From assembly GCA_002269645.1 (NCBI GenBank), contig NIVC01000612.1:144620-208619 (forward strand): a stretch of DNA of 64,000 bases. The letters run 5' to 3'. The notes beneath the pieces were generated by a model that ran no database searches, was not told where the DNA came from, and saw only the letters and a program-made list of their open reading frames with translations. Shown here in pieces: positions 38,377-52,600 of the stretch. The DNA is from Macrostomum lignano. Taxonomy: Eukaryota. The position numbers were made by a program, and so were the translations under genes. Every line of letters begins with the position of its first letter. Position 1 is the first letter of the stretch.

Positions 38377-40099
38377 GTCGCTGACACTAAGGGAGGCCGT
38401 GAGGTCGCTGGCAGCAGCGGGTCCGGTCGGTCACAGTTCACGGAGCAGTCGGTGCCGCTGGCCCAGCAGAAGCCGACGACAATTTTGGCCAGTAAAAGAA
38501 ATCGGGGAGGTCAGCCTCATGGGAATGGTCGGAGAGGGCAAGTGCAAGTGCATGGCAGCGATGAAGCTGCATTGCAGATTCCCATTGACGCCTCGAAAGG
38601 CGGGCAAGCAAGACTGGGATTGGAGGGTGGGGAAGCTTATCCAACAACATGCATCACGTGACCTTTGAACAGACCTTGAACTCCGCTGCTTAAGCAACCA
38701 GTGACGTCATCACACGAGTGCAGCCGCGATTGGCTGGGGTGCGATGAGAGTTTGGGATCGTGGCACCATCATGGCGTGCAAATAAGAGTTCGCTACACAG
38801 AGTAAAACAAATGTGGGCATAAAAGTGATTAATAAATAGTCACAAAAATCTGAATAAGCATGCGTAAGCCTGGGTAAAACAAACGGAGGTTTAATATTTT
38901 AGTCAAAAGATTCGTTCACACTGCCACAAGATGAACATCGCTTTTGAGTGCAGATTCCACGTCTTTTAAATATTTTCTTGTTTCTCTCTCTGTGCATAAG
39001 TCGCATGGCTTGGTGGCACTTTTCACTTTTCATGGCAGTCTAAACGCGTCTTTTGACATGCCTAGGTGGGTCATGTTAGTAGTGAGTTGCGCGCACTCAG
39101 TGTCAGACACCCAGTGTCAGAAGCCACTGTAAATGAGAGCATGAGTTTTACGAACAGACAGCAATCAGTCAACGAAAAAATAAACAACTTGGCATTAGCG
39201 ATGCACAAAACGGATTAAATTAATCTGTGTCACCAAAAGTTATTACTGCGATCATTTATAGAACTCTTTAAATATTGGGAGGTCTAACGAAACAAAATCT
39301 TTATTAAAAAATTTCATGGCTTCGGTACACGACAATCAGAAAATCAGAAATCTCAATTTAGAAATTAAATATAAAAGGAAACTTAAGTGCTCATGAGTAG
39401 TGTCGCCATGAATTCCAAGAATCTAGGTGTAGGTAGCAGCGAACTAAGGTACCAATAACCTACCAGGTACCAGGCACCAATTAGAATATGATTAAAGATC
39501 ACGATAAAGCGATCGAATAAATGTAACAAACAAAATGAAGGATATCAAGATCCATTTAAAGCAAAAAACCTAACTTCACACTACAACAGGGTCTGAGATA
39601 TTTTTTGAAAAAGTCTTCAAAAGTTGTGTTAGATAATAAACAAAGCAAAGGCAAAAGCTGGGGAATACTCATATGCGTACACATTGAATCAGTATATTAG
39701 AAACTAATGGAATTCTACCGCACTTACTAGTATACCTACTCCGCAACCATTATTTAGTAGTAAATTCTGGTGAAAAACCAAATAGGACTCCCAGTGCCAA
39801 TGAGAACTTCCGCATTTAAAAGTCCTATTTAGCAGCATTTTGCAGTGTCAGCCACAGAAATACACAGAAACGTCAGCCAGCACTCGCACAGAACTTGCTG
39901 ACGTTCGCTTTCTACGAGCTACCTCTATTGATGAGAAGCCATGCTCAGCAATAAATTATACCAGCTGAATTTGCTTGGCGGTTCAACAAACCATGGAATT
40001 AAAAAACATCACCAACAAAAAAACGCGTGTTGCCTTGCCAATAGCCTAAAATATGCACTATTAACATAAATACAGTTGTAAGTGCGCAAAAAGCAGATT

Positions 40100-42613
40100 T
40101 TAGCGAACTAATCTTGACAGTCGATCGAAAATTTGCCTGCTCTGACGTAGTTCGCAGATTGATAAAGCAGACAAACTTAAATCACCTGTGTCAGTGAGAC
40201 AGTCTGGTCCGAGCTCGTTCACCAGCCACTCGAGTGCTGAGCTGCTCACAGCATTGCCAGCAGCACAGTGTATTGCAGTGATGCCTTGCCTTCCTCTCAG
40301 CTTAAAACACTCGACTCCATTCATCTTCTCTTTGATGAACTGCATTGATTCCGCCTTCTGGAACTGAGCCGCAATGTGGATGACTGTGTCATTGTCTGCA
40401 TCTCTGTCCGTGAGACAACCTCGTCCGAGCTCGTTCACCAGCCACTCGAGTGCTGAGCTGCTCACAGCATTGAAAGCAGCACAGTGCACTGCAGTCATGT
40501 TTTGCCTTCCTCTCAGCTTGAAACACTCGACTCCATTCATCTTCTCTTTCATGAACTGCATTGATTCCGCCTTCTGGAACTGAGCCGCAATGTGGATGAC
40601 TGTGTCATTGTCTGTATCTCTATCCGTGAGACAGTCTGGTCCGAGCTCGTTCACCAGCCACTCAAGTGCTGAGTTGCTCACTTTATTTTTAGCAGCACAG
40701 TGCACTGCAGTCCTGTTGTTCATTCCTCTCAGCTTGAAACACTCGACTCCATTCATCTTCTCTTTGATGAACTGCATTGATTCCGCCTTCTGGACAGAAG
40801 CCGCAATGTGGATGACTGTGTTATTGTTTGCATCTCTGTCAGTGAGACAGTCTGATCCGAGCTCGTTCACCAACCACTTAAGTGGTGAGCTGCTCACTTC
40901 ATTGCAAGCAGCACGGTGCACTGCAGTCATGTTGTTTATTCCTCTCAGCTTGAAACACTCGACTCCATTCATCTTCTCTTTGATGAACTGCATTGATTCC
41001 GCCTTTTGCAACTCAGCCGCAATGTGGATGACTGTTCTTTTTTCTGCATCTCTGTCAGTGAGACAGTCTGGTCCGAGCTCGTTCACCAGCCACTCGAGTG
41101 CTGAGCTGCTCACTTTATTGCATGCAGCACGGTGCACTGCAGTCATGTTTTGCATTCCTCTCAGCTTAAAACACTCGACTCCATTCATCTTCTCTTTGAT
41201 GAACTGCATTGATTCCGCCCTCTGGAACTCAGCCGCAGTGTGGATGACTGTTAAATTTTTTGCATCTCCGTTAGTGAGACAGTCTGGTCCGAGCTCGTTC
41301 ACCAGCCACTCGAGTGCTGAGCTGCTCACTTTATTGCATGCAGCACGGTGCACTGAAGTCATGTTTTGCCTTCCTCTCAGCTTAAAACACTCGACTCCAT
41401 TCATCTTCTCTTTGATGAACTGCATTGATTCCGCCTTCTGGAACTGAGCCGCAATGTGGATGACTGTGTCATTGTCTGCATCTCTGTCAGTGAGACAGTC
41501 TGGTCCGAGCTCGTTCACCAGCCACTCGAGTGTTGAGCTGCTCACTTCATTGCAAGCAGCACAATGCACTGCAGTCATGTTGTTAATTCCTCTCAGCTTG
41601 AAACACTCGACTCCATTCATCTTCTCTTTGATGAACTGCATTGATTCCGCCTTCTGGAACTGAGCCGCAATGTGGATGACTGTGATATTGCCTGCATTTC
41701 TGTCAGTGAGACAGTCTGGTCCGAGCTCCTTCACCAGCCAGTCGAGTGCTGAGCTGCTCACAGTATTGATAGCAGCACAGTGCATTGCAGTTATGCCTTG
41801 CCTTCCTCTCAGCTTAAAACACTCGACTCCATTCATCTTCTGTTTGATGAACTGCATTGATTCCGCCTTCTGGAACTGAGCCGCAATGTGGATGACTGTG
41901 TCATTGTCTGCATCTCTGTCCGTGAGACAACCTCGTCCGAGCTCGTTCACCAGCCACTCGAGTGCTGAGCTGCTCACAGCATTGCAAGCAGCACAGTGCA
42001 CTGCAGTCATGTTTTGCCTTCCTCTCAGCTTGAAACACTCGACTCCATTCATCTTCTCATTGATGAACTGCATTGATTCCGCCATCTGGAACTGAGCCGC
42101 AGTGTGGATGACTGTGTCATTGTCTGCATCTCTGTCAGTAAGACAGTCCGCTTCGAGTTCGAACATCAGCCATTGGAATGTCGATCCATGATCTGTGAGA
42201 TTCTCAGCTGCCCTATGCATCACTGTTTTCTGCCTGCTATCTCTTGCTTCGAATGGGTTCCAGTCCGCTTCTGCTGCCTGCAGCTTCTGTTTCAGGAACT
42301 CCATCGTCTCCGCAGTCTGACTCTTTGCTGCCAGGTGAGTCACCGAGTCGCCATCGCTATCAACCAGCCGAAATATGTCGACCCCGTGCCCCATCTCCAG
42401 TAATCGAAGAACCGGCAGTCCGTCTCTGTCCCGAGCTGCAGCAAAAATGACGCCTTTGGCGAAGTCTTCTCCAGGTCCGACGATGCTCTCGGACACCTGG
42501 AACAGCAGATCATCAGTCAGCCGTTCGTCTCCGGCTGCTACCGCCTGCTTGATCTGCCTAAAGAGATGCTGAGAGGCCTCGTATTCGCTGAACTCGCTGG
42601 GACTCAGAGCTCT
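40100..42613 (-). CDS. Ankyrin-repeat array gene, copy B main exon (9 x 72-aa units, ~18 ankyrin repeats plus degenerate N-terminal repeats), open frame
   Basis: Acceptor TTTCAG before 42613; 837 sense codons without a stop, from RALSP to DRLSRLVR*; the 3' end may be spliced. Confidence 0.9.
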   Translation of the reverse strand, partial: RALSPSEFSEYEASQHLFRQIKQAVAAGDERLTDDLLFQVSESIVGPGEDFAKGVIFAAARDRDGLPVLRLLEMGHGVDIFRLVDSDGDSVTHLAAKSQTAETMEFLKQKLQAAEADWNPFEARDSRQKTVMHRAAENLTDHGSTFQWLMFELEADCLTDRDADNDTVIHTAAQFQMAESMQFINEKMNGVECFKLRGRQNMTAVHCAACNAVSSSALEWLVNELGRGCLTDRDADNDTVIHIAAQFQKAESMQFIKQKMNGVECFKLRGRQGITAMHCAAINTVSSSALDWLVKELGPDCLTDRNAGNITVIHIAAQFQKAESMQFIKEKMNGVECFKLRGINNMTAVHCAACNEVSSSTLEWLVNELGPDCLTDRDADNDTVIHIAAQFQKAESMQFIKEKMNGVECFKLRGRQNMTSVHRAACNKVSSSALEWLVNELGPDCLTNGDAKNLTVIHTAAEFQRAESMQFIKEKMNGVECFKLRGMQNMTAVHRAACNKVSSSALEWLVNELGPDCLTDRDAEKRTVIHIAAELQKAESMQFIKEKMNGVECFKLRGINNMTAVHRAACNEVSSSPLKWLVNELGSDCLTDRDANNNTVIHIAASVQKAESMQFIKEKMNGVECFKLRGMNNRTAVHCAAKNKVSNSALEWLVNELGPDCLTDRDTDNDTVIHIAAQFQKAESMQFMKEKMNGVECFKLRGRQNMTAVHCAAFNAVSSSALEWLVNELGRGCLTDRDADNDTVIHIAAQFQKAESMQFIKEKMNGVECFKLRGRQGITAIHCAAGNAVSSSALEWLVNELGPDCLTDTGDLSLSALSICELRQSRQIFDRLSRLVR

Positions 42614-43130
42614 CTGAAATCGGATTAGGCAGATAGTTATAATTAGTCTAGGGTAATTAAAGGCCTATGATATTGGCTGTGAAACTTAAGGACATATAGG
42701 TAAATTGGGAAGGGCAGAGCAGAAACATTTTCGCTCGGTTCGGTCGTGAGTGCCGTGCTATGTGACTGCAAAGTGGCAGAGCAGTTGTTTTCCGCTATCA
42801 TGCTGATGGGCTGCCGTGTCATCACCTGGCAGCCTTTTCGACTTTTTTCGACATGATCTTTGTAGGTAAAGCGCGATATATGAGAAAGCAGCATTTCTGT
42901 TTGTCCGTTGCTCAACTTGGTGGTGCCGCTATCTACACTTCCTATCAACGACGTCTACGAGTACTCTCTGCTTCGGCGGGTGTATGCAGAAACTAGCAGA
43001 ATTCGCGAGAGACAGCCGATGATATCGCCCTGCTGTCCTTTAACCTCTACGCGACAGGTGGTGCTTGGCATCACCCTTGTTGCCAACGGCTGTGCCGAAA
43101 TCGGGACATAGACTATTTGACAGTCGCTAC

Positions 43131-43833
43131 GAACAACTTTGTTAGTTTTCCTAGGAGCCACGTTGAAATCAATCAGACCATGGCCGGGTTCCATTTGATT
43201 GCCGAACTGCCACATGTCATTGGTGTTATCGACTGCACAAATGTCGCTATCAAGAGTCCAACTAACAATGAGTATGTTTTTGAGAACAGAAAATCGTTTT
43301 ATTCTATTAATGTTCAAGCTGTGTGCAGTGTCGCAATGTCATTCACGAACATTCTAGTACGCTGGCCGAGAAGTACACACGATTCTTTCATATTCAACAA
43401 CTCTGCATTAAAGGAGATTCTATCAGAAGGGTTAGTGGCAAGATTCCTCGTCGGAGATAGTGGATATCCTCTGAGACCATTTCTCATGAAGGTTTTCGAC
43501 ACTCCAAGAGATGCAAGAGAGACCGACTTCAACCGGAGGCTGCAACAAACTCAGGTGAAAATAGAATGTTCATTCGGGATTCTAAAGTCTCGATTTTAAT
43601 GCCTGAATCGTCATTCCGCAAGTCTCCGATTCCATCCGAGCAAGTTTTGCTTGATAATAAGCGCCTGTTTTGTGCTGCATAACATTGCGATCAACAGAGG
43701 AGTTCCACTGGTTGTGCCGATCCAGCCTGACATCAAAGACGAACCGGAGGATGTTGGCGTCGATGATATTGGAGCTAGAAGAGCCGAGCGAATTCGCATC
43801 GTAAATTTGATACAACATGCAAGTAATCAGTAA
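43131..43833 (+). pseudogene. PIF/Harbinger (HARBI1-like DDE) transposase, C-terminal fragment
   Basis: FPRS...VIGVIDCTNVAI...NRKSFYSINVQAVC...WPRSTHDSFIF...GDSGYPL...KIECSFGILKSRF*CL...ACFVLHNIA; 5'-truncated; internal TAA at 43597. Confidence 0.92.
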
Positions 43834-45018
43834 AGAGGCCCTGGAGCTGGGCCATTGTGGGCACGAGGTTGGCGGCGCGGTTGTTCCGGATTTCGGTCTG
43901 GAGCTCGAGCGGGAGGCGGTTCCAGAGTGCGTAGACGCGGCTGTCGAGGGTGCACGCGAGCTCACCTAGGCGGAGTAGCTGGCCGGTAGCGAGTCGGAGG
44001 GCGTCGGTGTAATTCTCGAGCTCATCCAAGTCGGAGGCGGAGCTGCAGTGAAGAGCGAAAAGGATCTGGAAGAAGGCGTTTTTCTGCTCCTGGGCATCGG
44101 CGTAGTTGGCCTGGAGGACGCGGCAGGCTTCGGCGTAGGCGTTGGGCTGGCAAGCGTCGAGGGCGCCAAGCTTCCGGAGTGCCGAGCCAGAGTGAAGACC
44201 GCGGAGCGCCTCAAACTTATCGACGTCGTTGAGACTGGATTGGTCGACGCGGTAGAGGAAGGCGTTCCAGAACCCGGGGAATGCGGTTGGGTCGGTGCCG
44301 TCGAATGTCGGGAGACGAACCTTCTGGAGAACAGTGGAGTGGATTAGAGCGGCCGGATCGCTATCGCTGGTTGCGGACGACGACGCAGATGTCAGGGCAG
44401 GATGGGAATTAGCGGCGAGCTGTTGTATGAGCAGCTGATTCTGCTGCATCATGGCGGTCATAGCGGTCAGGAGGGCGTTGATATCGACGGAGGCAGCGGG
44501 AGCTGCTGCAGGGATCGCAGTTGTGGAAGGAGCAGCGGGAAGAGCAGATGTCGCGGCTGCTGAAGCAGCAGGCGGCGGGTCACTGGCTTTGACGTGCGGC
44601 TGCTCCGCGTCGATTGGCGCTTCAGCAGAGGCTGTGCTGTGGTCGTTCTTGGACTGCTTGATCTGGTCGCCAGATAGGTCAGTTGTTGATATCGTGATAA
44701 CCATGGTAATCCGGACGCTCTGCTACCAATTTGTCGAATCGATTACTCGAGGAAGAGAAAGGAACCACGCTCTGCTACCAATTTGTGGAAGTTGACAATA
44801 AACTAATATTGAACGAGCGGTTAGCGGGGAAGGAATCAGTAGAAGAGAAGCAGAGGTGAAGGGCAGAAGCCGCGAGTTGAACTTGTATTTATACTAACAC
44901 AGAGAACAGGGTAGCTGAAATGTCTGTGGCAAATTAACGGTTATGCTAGTCTGTGGGAAAAGCGTGGTAGACGAAGGGAGCCAGCTAACTGATAAGTACG
45001 AGTCTTTATTGCAAAACA
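43834..45018 (-). mobile_element. BEL/Pao-like element 5' fragment: probable LTR (~44784-45018), tRNA-iMet PBS, gag truncated at ~43834
   Basis: gag with DUF1759-like LPTFDGTDPTAFPGFWNAF...LNDVDKF; PBS TGGTAGCAGAGCGTGGT (44764-44780) complementary to the initiator-Met tRNA 3' end; TATAAATAC in the LTR. Confidence 0.8.
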
Positions 45019-47441
45019 GAAAGTAGAAATATTTGAAGGATGAAATCGCCAAGACCTCGAATTTGACAAACTTGCTCGGATAGCTAATGAAGTCAGTGTT
45101 GCTGCCTGCAAGATAGGTGAAGAATTTCTACTTTCTAGACAAGCAGGTCATTAACATGGAACTCTATCGCATCGCAGAACTGACACGGTGTCTTCGGCTG
45201 CGTCGACGGTCTCGCCCTGCTGTTCTCAACAACAACAACAACTGTTCTCAACTAGTGATGAGGCGCTAACGAATGATGCTCGCCAATGGTGCCTCATTCC
45301 TTTGGTTATTGCGCTTGTACTTTGCTTCCACAGCTTCTACTTAATAAAAAAGTCAAAGACCTTCTGCCACCCAGCTCAGCCTCAGACACTTCGAGATGTT
45401 AAATCAGCAAGCAGTGCGACTTGATGAAATATTGGCTTTCATGCTGACCTGACATGCTTGATGCTGGATGCCATCAGAGTCCCATAACCATTTAAATATC
45501 TGTCGCTCGAGTGCAGGAAGGAAAGTCGCGTTGCAAGAACAGGACTTCAGGAAAGCTTGAATAAATAAGCAACGCAATAATTGTACTTTATATCGACAAT
45601 CATTTATTTATTTTGGATAAACGCAATAAAATATACTTATTATCAGTCAATGGGGTAGTGGGTGCATAATGTACAGAGAAACAGCTTAATGATATTACGA
45701 GCTCGTAACCAAGTTACCAAGAACACAGGTGAGTCAAAAATGACTAAACGCATCCAGTCTTAGCGCGTTCATACGCTGGTGTGACATGCTGAACTTTTCA
45801 ACACTTCTTGCAAGTCGCTCAGGCAACAGCCGAATGGTTGACATATGATGTCATGTGATCGCCCTTGCGGATCATGCAGGTCTGAAATGCTGCGACTCCG
45901 AGACGTCTCAAAGCGATACTAAAATTCTTGTCATTGTCAACTTCGCGGCAGCTGTTGAGTACATCGCGCATAACACAAAAAGCAGAAACTGCGGTGATTC
46001 TCAGCCAAAGATGCAAAAATTATATTTCGTAATATTGCAGATGGTGGACCCAAGTATAAGTACAAATCCTAAGAAAAAACTGCTTAGTTTTTTAATCTGA
46101 AAATGGATTCTGATTACCTCATCACTATGAGAAACCGTGTATTTAATAATGGCAATTATGCCGAATTTACGTAAAAATCAAAATACAGAACTTTGATACT
46201 TTTATAACTGTAGAGATGAGGTATTAAAAGAGCAAAGCGCACATTTTATGGATCAATTATGGAATAAGCTGAGCCGCTTCATCAAGCTCGCACTGGCGCA
46301 GTCACGGCTGTGAATGTTTTGTCAAAGTCTGGCGCAATCATCGAGCGAGCAAACTTTAAGTGACGCAACAGCGCAGTGCAAACTGCGTCAGCGCTGGCAA
46401 AAGTGCGCAATAAAATTCAGTAAATTTTGCACTGCGTTCAAAACGGAGCAGCGAATTAAAGGCGCCCGCCTTCGCCAGTGCGCGGTTGCGAGAGCGACTG
46501 CTGTTCTCAGGCTCTCAGGCTACAGCAGCCTGGCCAATTATCGTGGAGGAAGGGATGACGGCAGGCAGTAAGGGGAGCAAGACTGGATGATTGCGGTGAT
46601 ATTGAAGGTCAAACCTGAGCAAGATCTAATGAGTTTTGATTGCTTTGTAGAGGTTCATTCATTGAATGTTACTGTAAGTAGAACAATGCACACATTCGCA
46701 GCAAAGTTAAACTTAAACGTTACGCTCCAAAGATCTTAAGCTTGCTGGAGCAGCTAAGCGAGGCTACATCTCTGAGGGAAATAAATAGCGTTTGGTAAGC
46801 CTTTGTTCGAGTCTTCGTTATTTGATTATTGAGAGCGATTTTATTGCCGGCTATTACTGATCAGTTGAATTACTGAATTAATTGAATTTGAGGCCTCCCT
46901 ATTCCTAAGGGATTGAATAGGATCTGCGGACCCTTTAGGGATTATCGATTTAATTGATTTTGATACCCTAGAGTAACCGATAGGGGCACACGACTCCGAT
47001 TCCGTTATTTCTAGAAGAAGACGCCCTTTCTGGAGGACGTCGTTATTGTTATGGAGTTGACTTTGTTATTAGGGCGCATCTCTGATAATTGACTTCTGCA
47101 CTCGAGGAATTCTTCGACGTCGACGGATTAAATTGTAACGCTCTCACATTCGGCCGATTTTTAGAATTCAAGAAGACTACTCCGGAGGAAGACTCCATAG
47201 AAGACTACGAGCCCTACGAACCTGCTCGACAAAGAAGAGGAGCCCGCACCCGTGAGTGATCACTGAATTTTGTTCCCAGGCTTGCGGTCTGGAAGTGAGA
47301 GTTTTCGGGTGACTGATCACTACCCGATTAAACTCTTCAGCTTGATGGCTTAATAATTTTGATAGTTCTTGTAGATAAATGCAAATATTCAATTTCTACA
47401 GCACGGCATACACAATAGACAGCCAGCTGCTTAGTACTCAC

Positions 47442-48796
<1,355 letters not shown>

Positions 48797-49605
48797 GCAC
48801 TCACCGGTTACTATTTGTGAACTGTGCTGTGAGGATTCAGAAGCAAAACAGTAAAGTTTTGCCTGTGGCTTCTCTGCTCCAAAAAGCCAATGCAGTCTAA
48901 GAAAATTCTCGAGTCTGCCTGAGGCCGATGTGAGCTGAGACGCTCCAAGAGGCCCCTTCTGCATCTCTTAAAGAGAAGCTCGAAACGAAGAAAGGCAGAA
49001 AAGAAGGCAGACAGAGAGAGCTGCAAGCAGATGGAGAACAATAGCGAGCTCAGCATCCATGCCCGCCTCTGTGCACCCAGCCTGATGAAGCTACTGTATT
49101 GAATTGAGCTGAACTGTTTTCAGATGCTCGGACAGGTAAAGGGCTGCCACTGCACTCATACGGTCTTGAGCATAGAGACAGCTCTCTAGCCCCCTATGCT
49201 GTTGCTGGGCAGCTCAGACCCCAACCTCACAGAGGTGGAATCGAGCTCGGAGACGGAGTGCTGGGGAAGGCGGGGACCCCAAAGGTATTGAACTGAATGG
49301 TCAATTGAAATGACAGCAGTGCACAGTTTTAAAGCACAGTTGCACAGTTTAAATTTTGTACAAGCGATTCGGTAAGACTTCGGTAAGAGAGTGTTTTCAT
49401 ATTTGAAAAAATGTCGAAAACGCTGCTTGCTATTCTTGCTCTAGAGAAGTGTGCTGGCTGTCTAATGGTGGGTGCGTTAGATAAGGGGCAAGGGGCTGCA
49501 GGTCGGGAATGCAGGTTGTCTGTTAGATCACAACTAAGGTCCTTACAGTACATTTTCTTGTAATGACTCGCTAAAGTAAAAAAGTAATGAATAGTCCCTA
49601 CGGTC

Positions 49606-52600
49606 AGAATCAGGAATCAGAATTAGGGATCAGGATTGGGGATCTGGATTGGGGATCAGGATTAAGGATCAGGATTGGGGATCAGGATTGGGGATCAGGA
49701 TTGAGGATCAGGATTGGGGATCAGGATTGGGGATCAGGATTGGGGATCAGGATTGGGGATCAGGATTGGGGATCAGGATTGGGGATCAGGATTGAGGATC
49801 AGGATTGGGGATCAGGATTGGGGATCAGGATTGGGGATCAGGATTGGGGATCAGGATTGGGGATCAGGATTGGGGATCAGGATTGGGGATCAGGATTGGG
49901 GATCAGGATTGGGGATCAGGATTGGGGATCAGGATTGGGGATCAGGATTGGGGATCAGGATTGGGGATCAGGATTGGGGATCAGGATTGGGGATCAGGAT
50001 AGACTATCAGGATAGACTATCAGGATTGGGTATCTGGATTGGGGATTAGGATTGGGTATCAGGATTGGGGATCAGGATTGGGGATCAGGATTGGGGATCA
50101 GGATTGGGGATCAGGATTGGGGATCAGGATTGGGGATCAGGATTGGGAATCAGGATTGGGGATCAGGATTGGGGATCAGGATTGGGGATCAGGATTGGGG
50201 ATCAGGATTGGGGATCAGAATTGGGGATCAGGATTGGGGATCAGGATTGGGGATCAGGATTGGGGATCAGGATTGGGGATCAGGATTGGGGATCAGGATT
50301 GGGGATTAGGATTGGGGATCAGGATTGGCGATCAGGATTGGGGATCAGAATTGGGGATCAGGATTGGGGATCAGGATTGGGGATCAGGATTGGGGATCAG
50401 GATTGGGGATCAGGATTGGGGATCAGGATTGGGGATCAGGATTGAAGATCAGGATTGGGGATCAGGATAGACTATCCGGATAGACTATCGGGATAGACTA
50501 TCAGGATTGGGGATCTGGATTGGGGATTAGGATTGGGTATCAGGATTGGGGATCAGGATTGGGGATCAGGATAGACTATCAGGATAGACTATCAGGATTG
50601 GGGATCTGGATTGGGGATTAGGATTGGGTATCAGGATTGGGAATCAGGATTGGGGATCAGGATTGGGGATCAGGATTGGGGATCAGGATTGGGGATCAGG
50701 ACTGGGGATCAGGATTGGGGATCAGGATTGGGGATCAGGATTGGGGATCAGGATTGGGGATCAGGATTGGGGATCAGGATTGGGGATCAGGATTGGGGAT
50801 CAGGATTGGGGATCAGGATTGGGGATCAGGATTGGGGATCAGGATTGGGGATCAGGATTGGGGATCAGGATTGGGGATCAGGATTGGGGATCAGGATTGG
50901 GGATCAGGATAGACTATCAGGATTGGGGATCTGGATTTGGGATTAGGATTGGGGATCAAGATTGGGGATCAGGATTGGGGATCAGGATTGGGGATCAGGA
51001 TTGGGGATCAGGATAGACTATCAGGATAGACTATCAGGATTGGGTATCTGGATTGGGGATCTGGATTGGGGATTAGGATTGGGTATCAGGATTGGGGATC
51101 AGGATTGGGGATCAGGATTGGGGATCAGGATTGGGGATCAGGATAGACTATCAGGATTGGGGATCAGGATTGGGGATCAGGATTGGTAATCAGGATTGGG
51201 TATCAGGATTGGGGATCAGGATTGGGGATCAGGATTGGGGATCAGGATTGGGGATCAGGATTGGGGATCAGGATTAAAGATCAGGATTGGGGATCAGGAT
51301 TGGGGATCAGGATTGGGGATCAGGATTGGGGATCAGGATTGGGGATCAGGATTGGGGATCAGGATTGGGGATCAGGATTGGGGATCAGGATTGGGGATCA
51401 GGATTGGGGATCAGGATTGGGGATCAGGATTGGGGATCAGGATTGGGGATCAGGATTGAAGATCAGGATTGGGGATCAGGATAGACTATCAGGATAGACT
51501 ATCAGGATAGACTATCAGGATAGACTATCAGGATAGACTATCAGGATAGACTATCAGGATAGACTATCAGGATAGACTATCAGGATAGAAAATCAGGATT
51601 GGGGATCTGGATTGGGGATTAGGATTGGGTATCAGGATTGGGGATCAGGATTGGGGATCAGGATTGGGGATCAGGATTGGGGATCAGGATTGGGGATCAG
51701 GATTGGGGATCAGGATTGGGGATCAGGATTGGGGATCAGGATTGGGGATCAGGATTGGGGATCCGGATTGGGGATCAGGATTGGGGATCAGGATTGGGGA
51801 TCAGGATTAGGGATCAGGATTGGGGATCAGGATTGGGGATCAGAATTGGGGATCAGGACTGGGGATCAGGATTGGGGATCAGGATTGGGGATCAGGATTG
51901 GGGATCAGGATTGAAGATCAGGATTGGGGATCAGGATAGACTATCAGGATAGACTATCAGGATAGACTATCAGGATAGACTATCAGGATAGACTATCAGG
52001 ATAGACTATCAGGATAGACTATCAGGATAGACTATCAGGATAGACAATCAGGATTGGGGATCTGAATTGGGGATTAGGATTGGGTATCAGGATTGGGGAT
52101 CAGGATTGGGGATCAGGATTGGGGATCAGGATTGGGGATCAGGAGTGGGGATCAGGATTGGGGATCAGGATTGGGGATCAGGATTGGGGATCAGGATTGG
52201 GGATCAGGATTGGGGATCAGGATTGGGGATCAGAATTGGGGATCAGGATTGGGGATCAGAATTGGGGATCAGAATTGGGGATCAGGACTGGGGATCAGGA
52301 TTGGGGATCAGGATTGGGGATCAGGATTGGGGATCAGGATTGGGGATCAGGATTGGGGATCAGGATAGACTATCAGGATAGACTATCAGGATAGACTATC
52401 AGGATAGACTATCAGGATAGACTATCAGGATAGACTATCAGAATAGTCTATCAGGATAGACTATCAGGATTGGGGATCTGGATTGGGGATTAGGATTGCG
52501 TATCAGGATTGGGGATCAGAATTGGGGATCAGGATTGGGGATCAGGATTGGGGATCAGGATTGAGGATCAGGATGGACTATTAGGATAGACTATCAGGAT

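Noticed and set aside
34645-45018. One BEL element (5' LTR-gag ... integrase-3' LTR, both on the minus strand) having captured ankyrin copy B
   Set aside because: The two inferred LTRs are not similar (TGTTTTGCAATAAAG vs TGTTCTGGAGGTTC), and host homology with block A continues outside both pieces.
46270-47370. ~1.1-kb insert in block B with a 10-bp inverted repeat (CGCACTGGCG) and LTR-like composition
   Set aside because: No TSD, defined termini or coding motif, so it cannot be classified.
49081-49125. Hammerhead-like CTGATGA-AGCT..AGCT-GAAC (similar partial cores at 8593, 59957 and minus-strand 63900-63930)
   Set aside because: The invariant GAAA and stems I/III cannot be completed.
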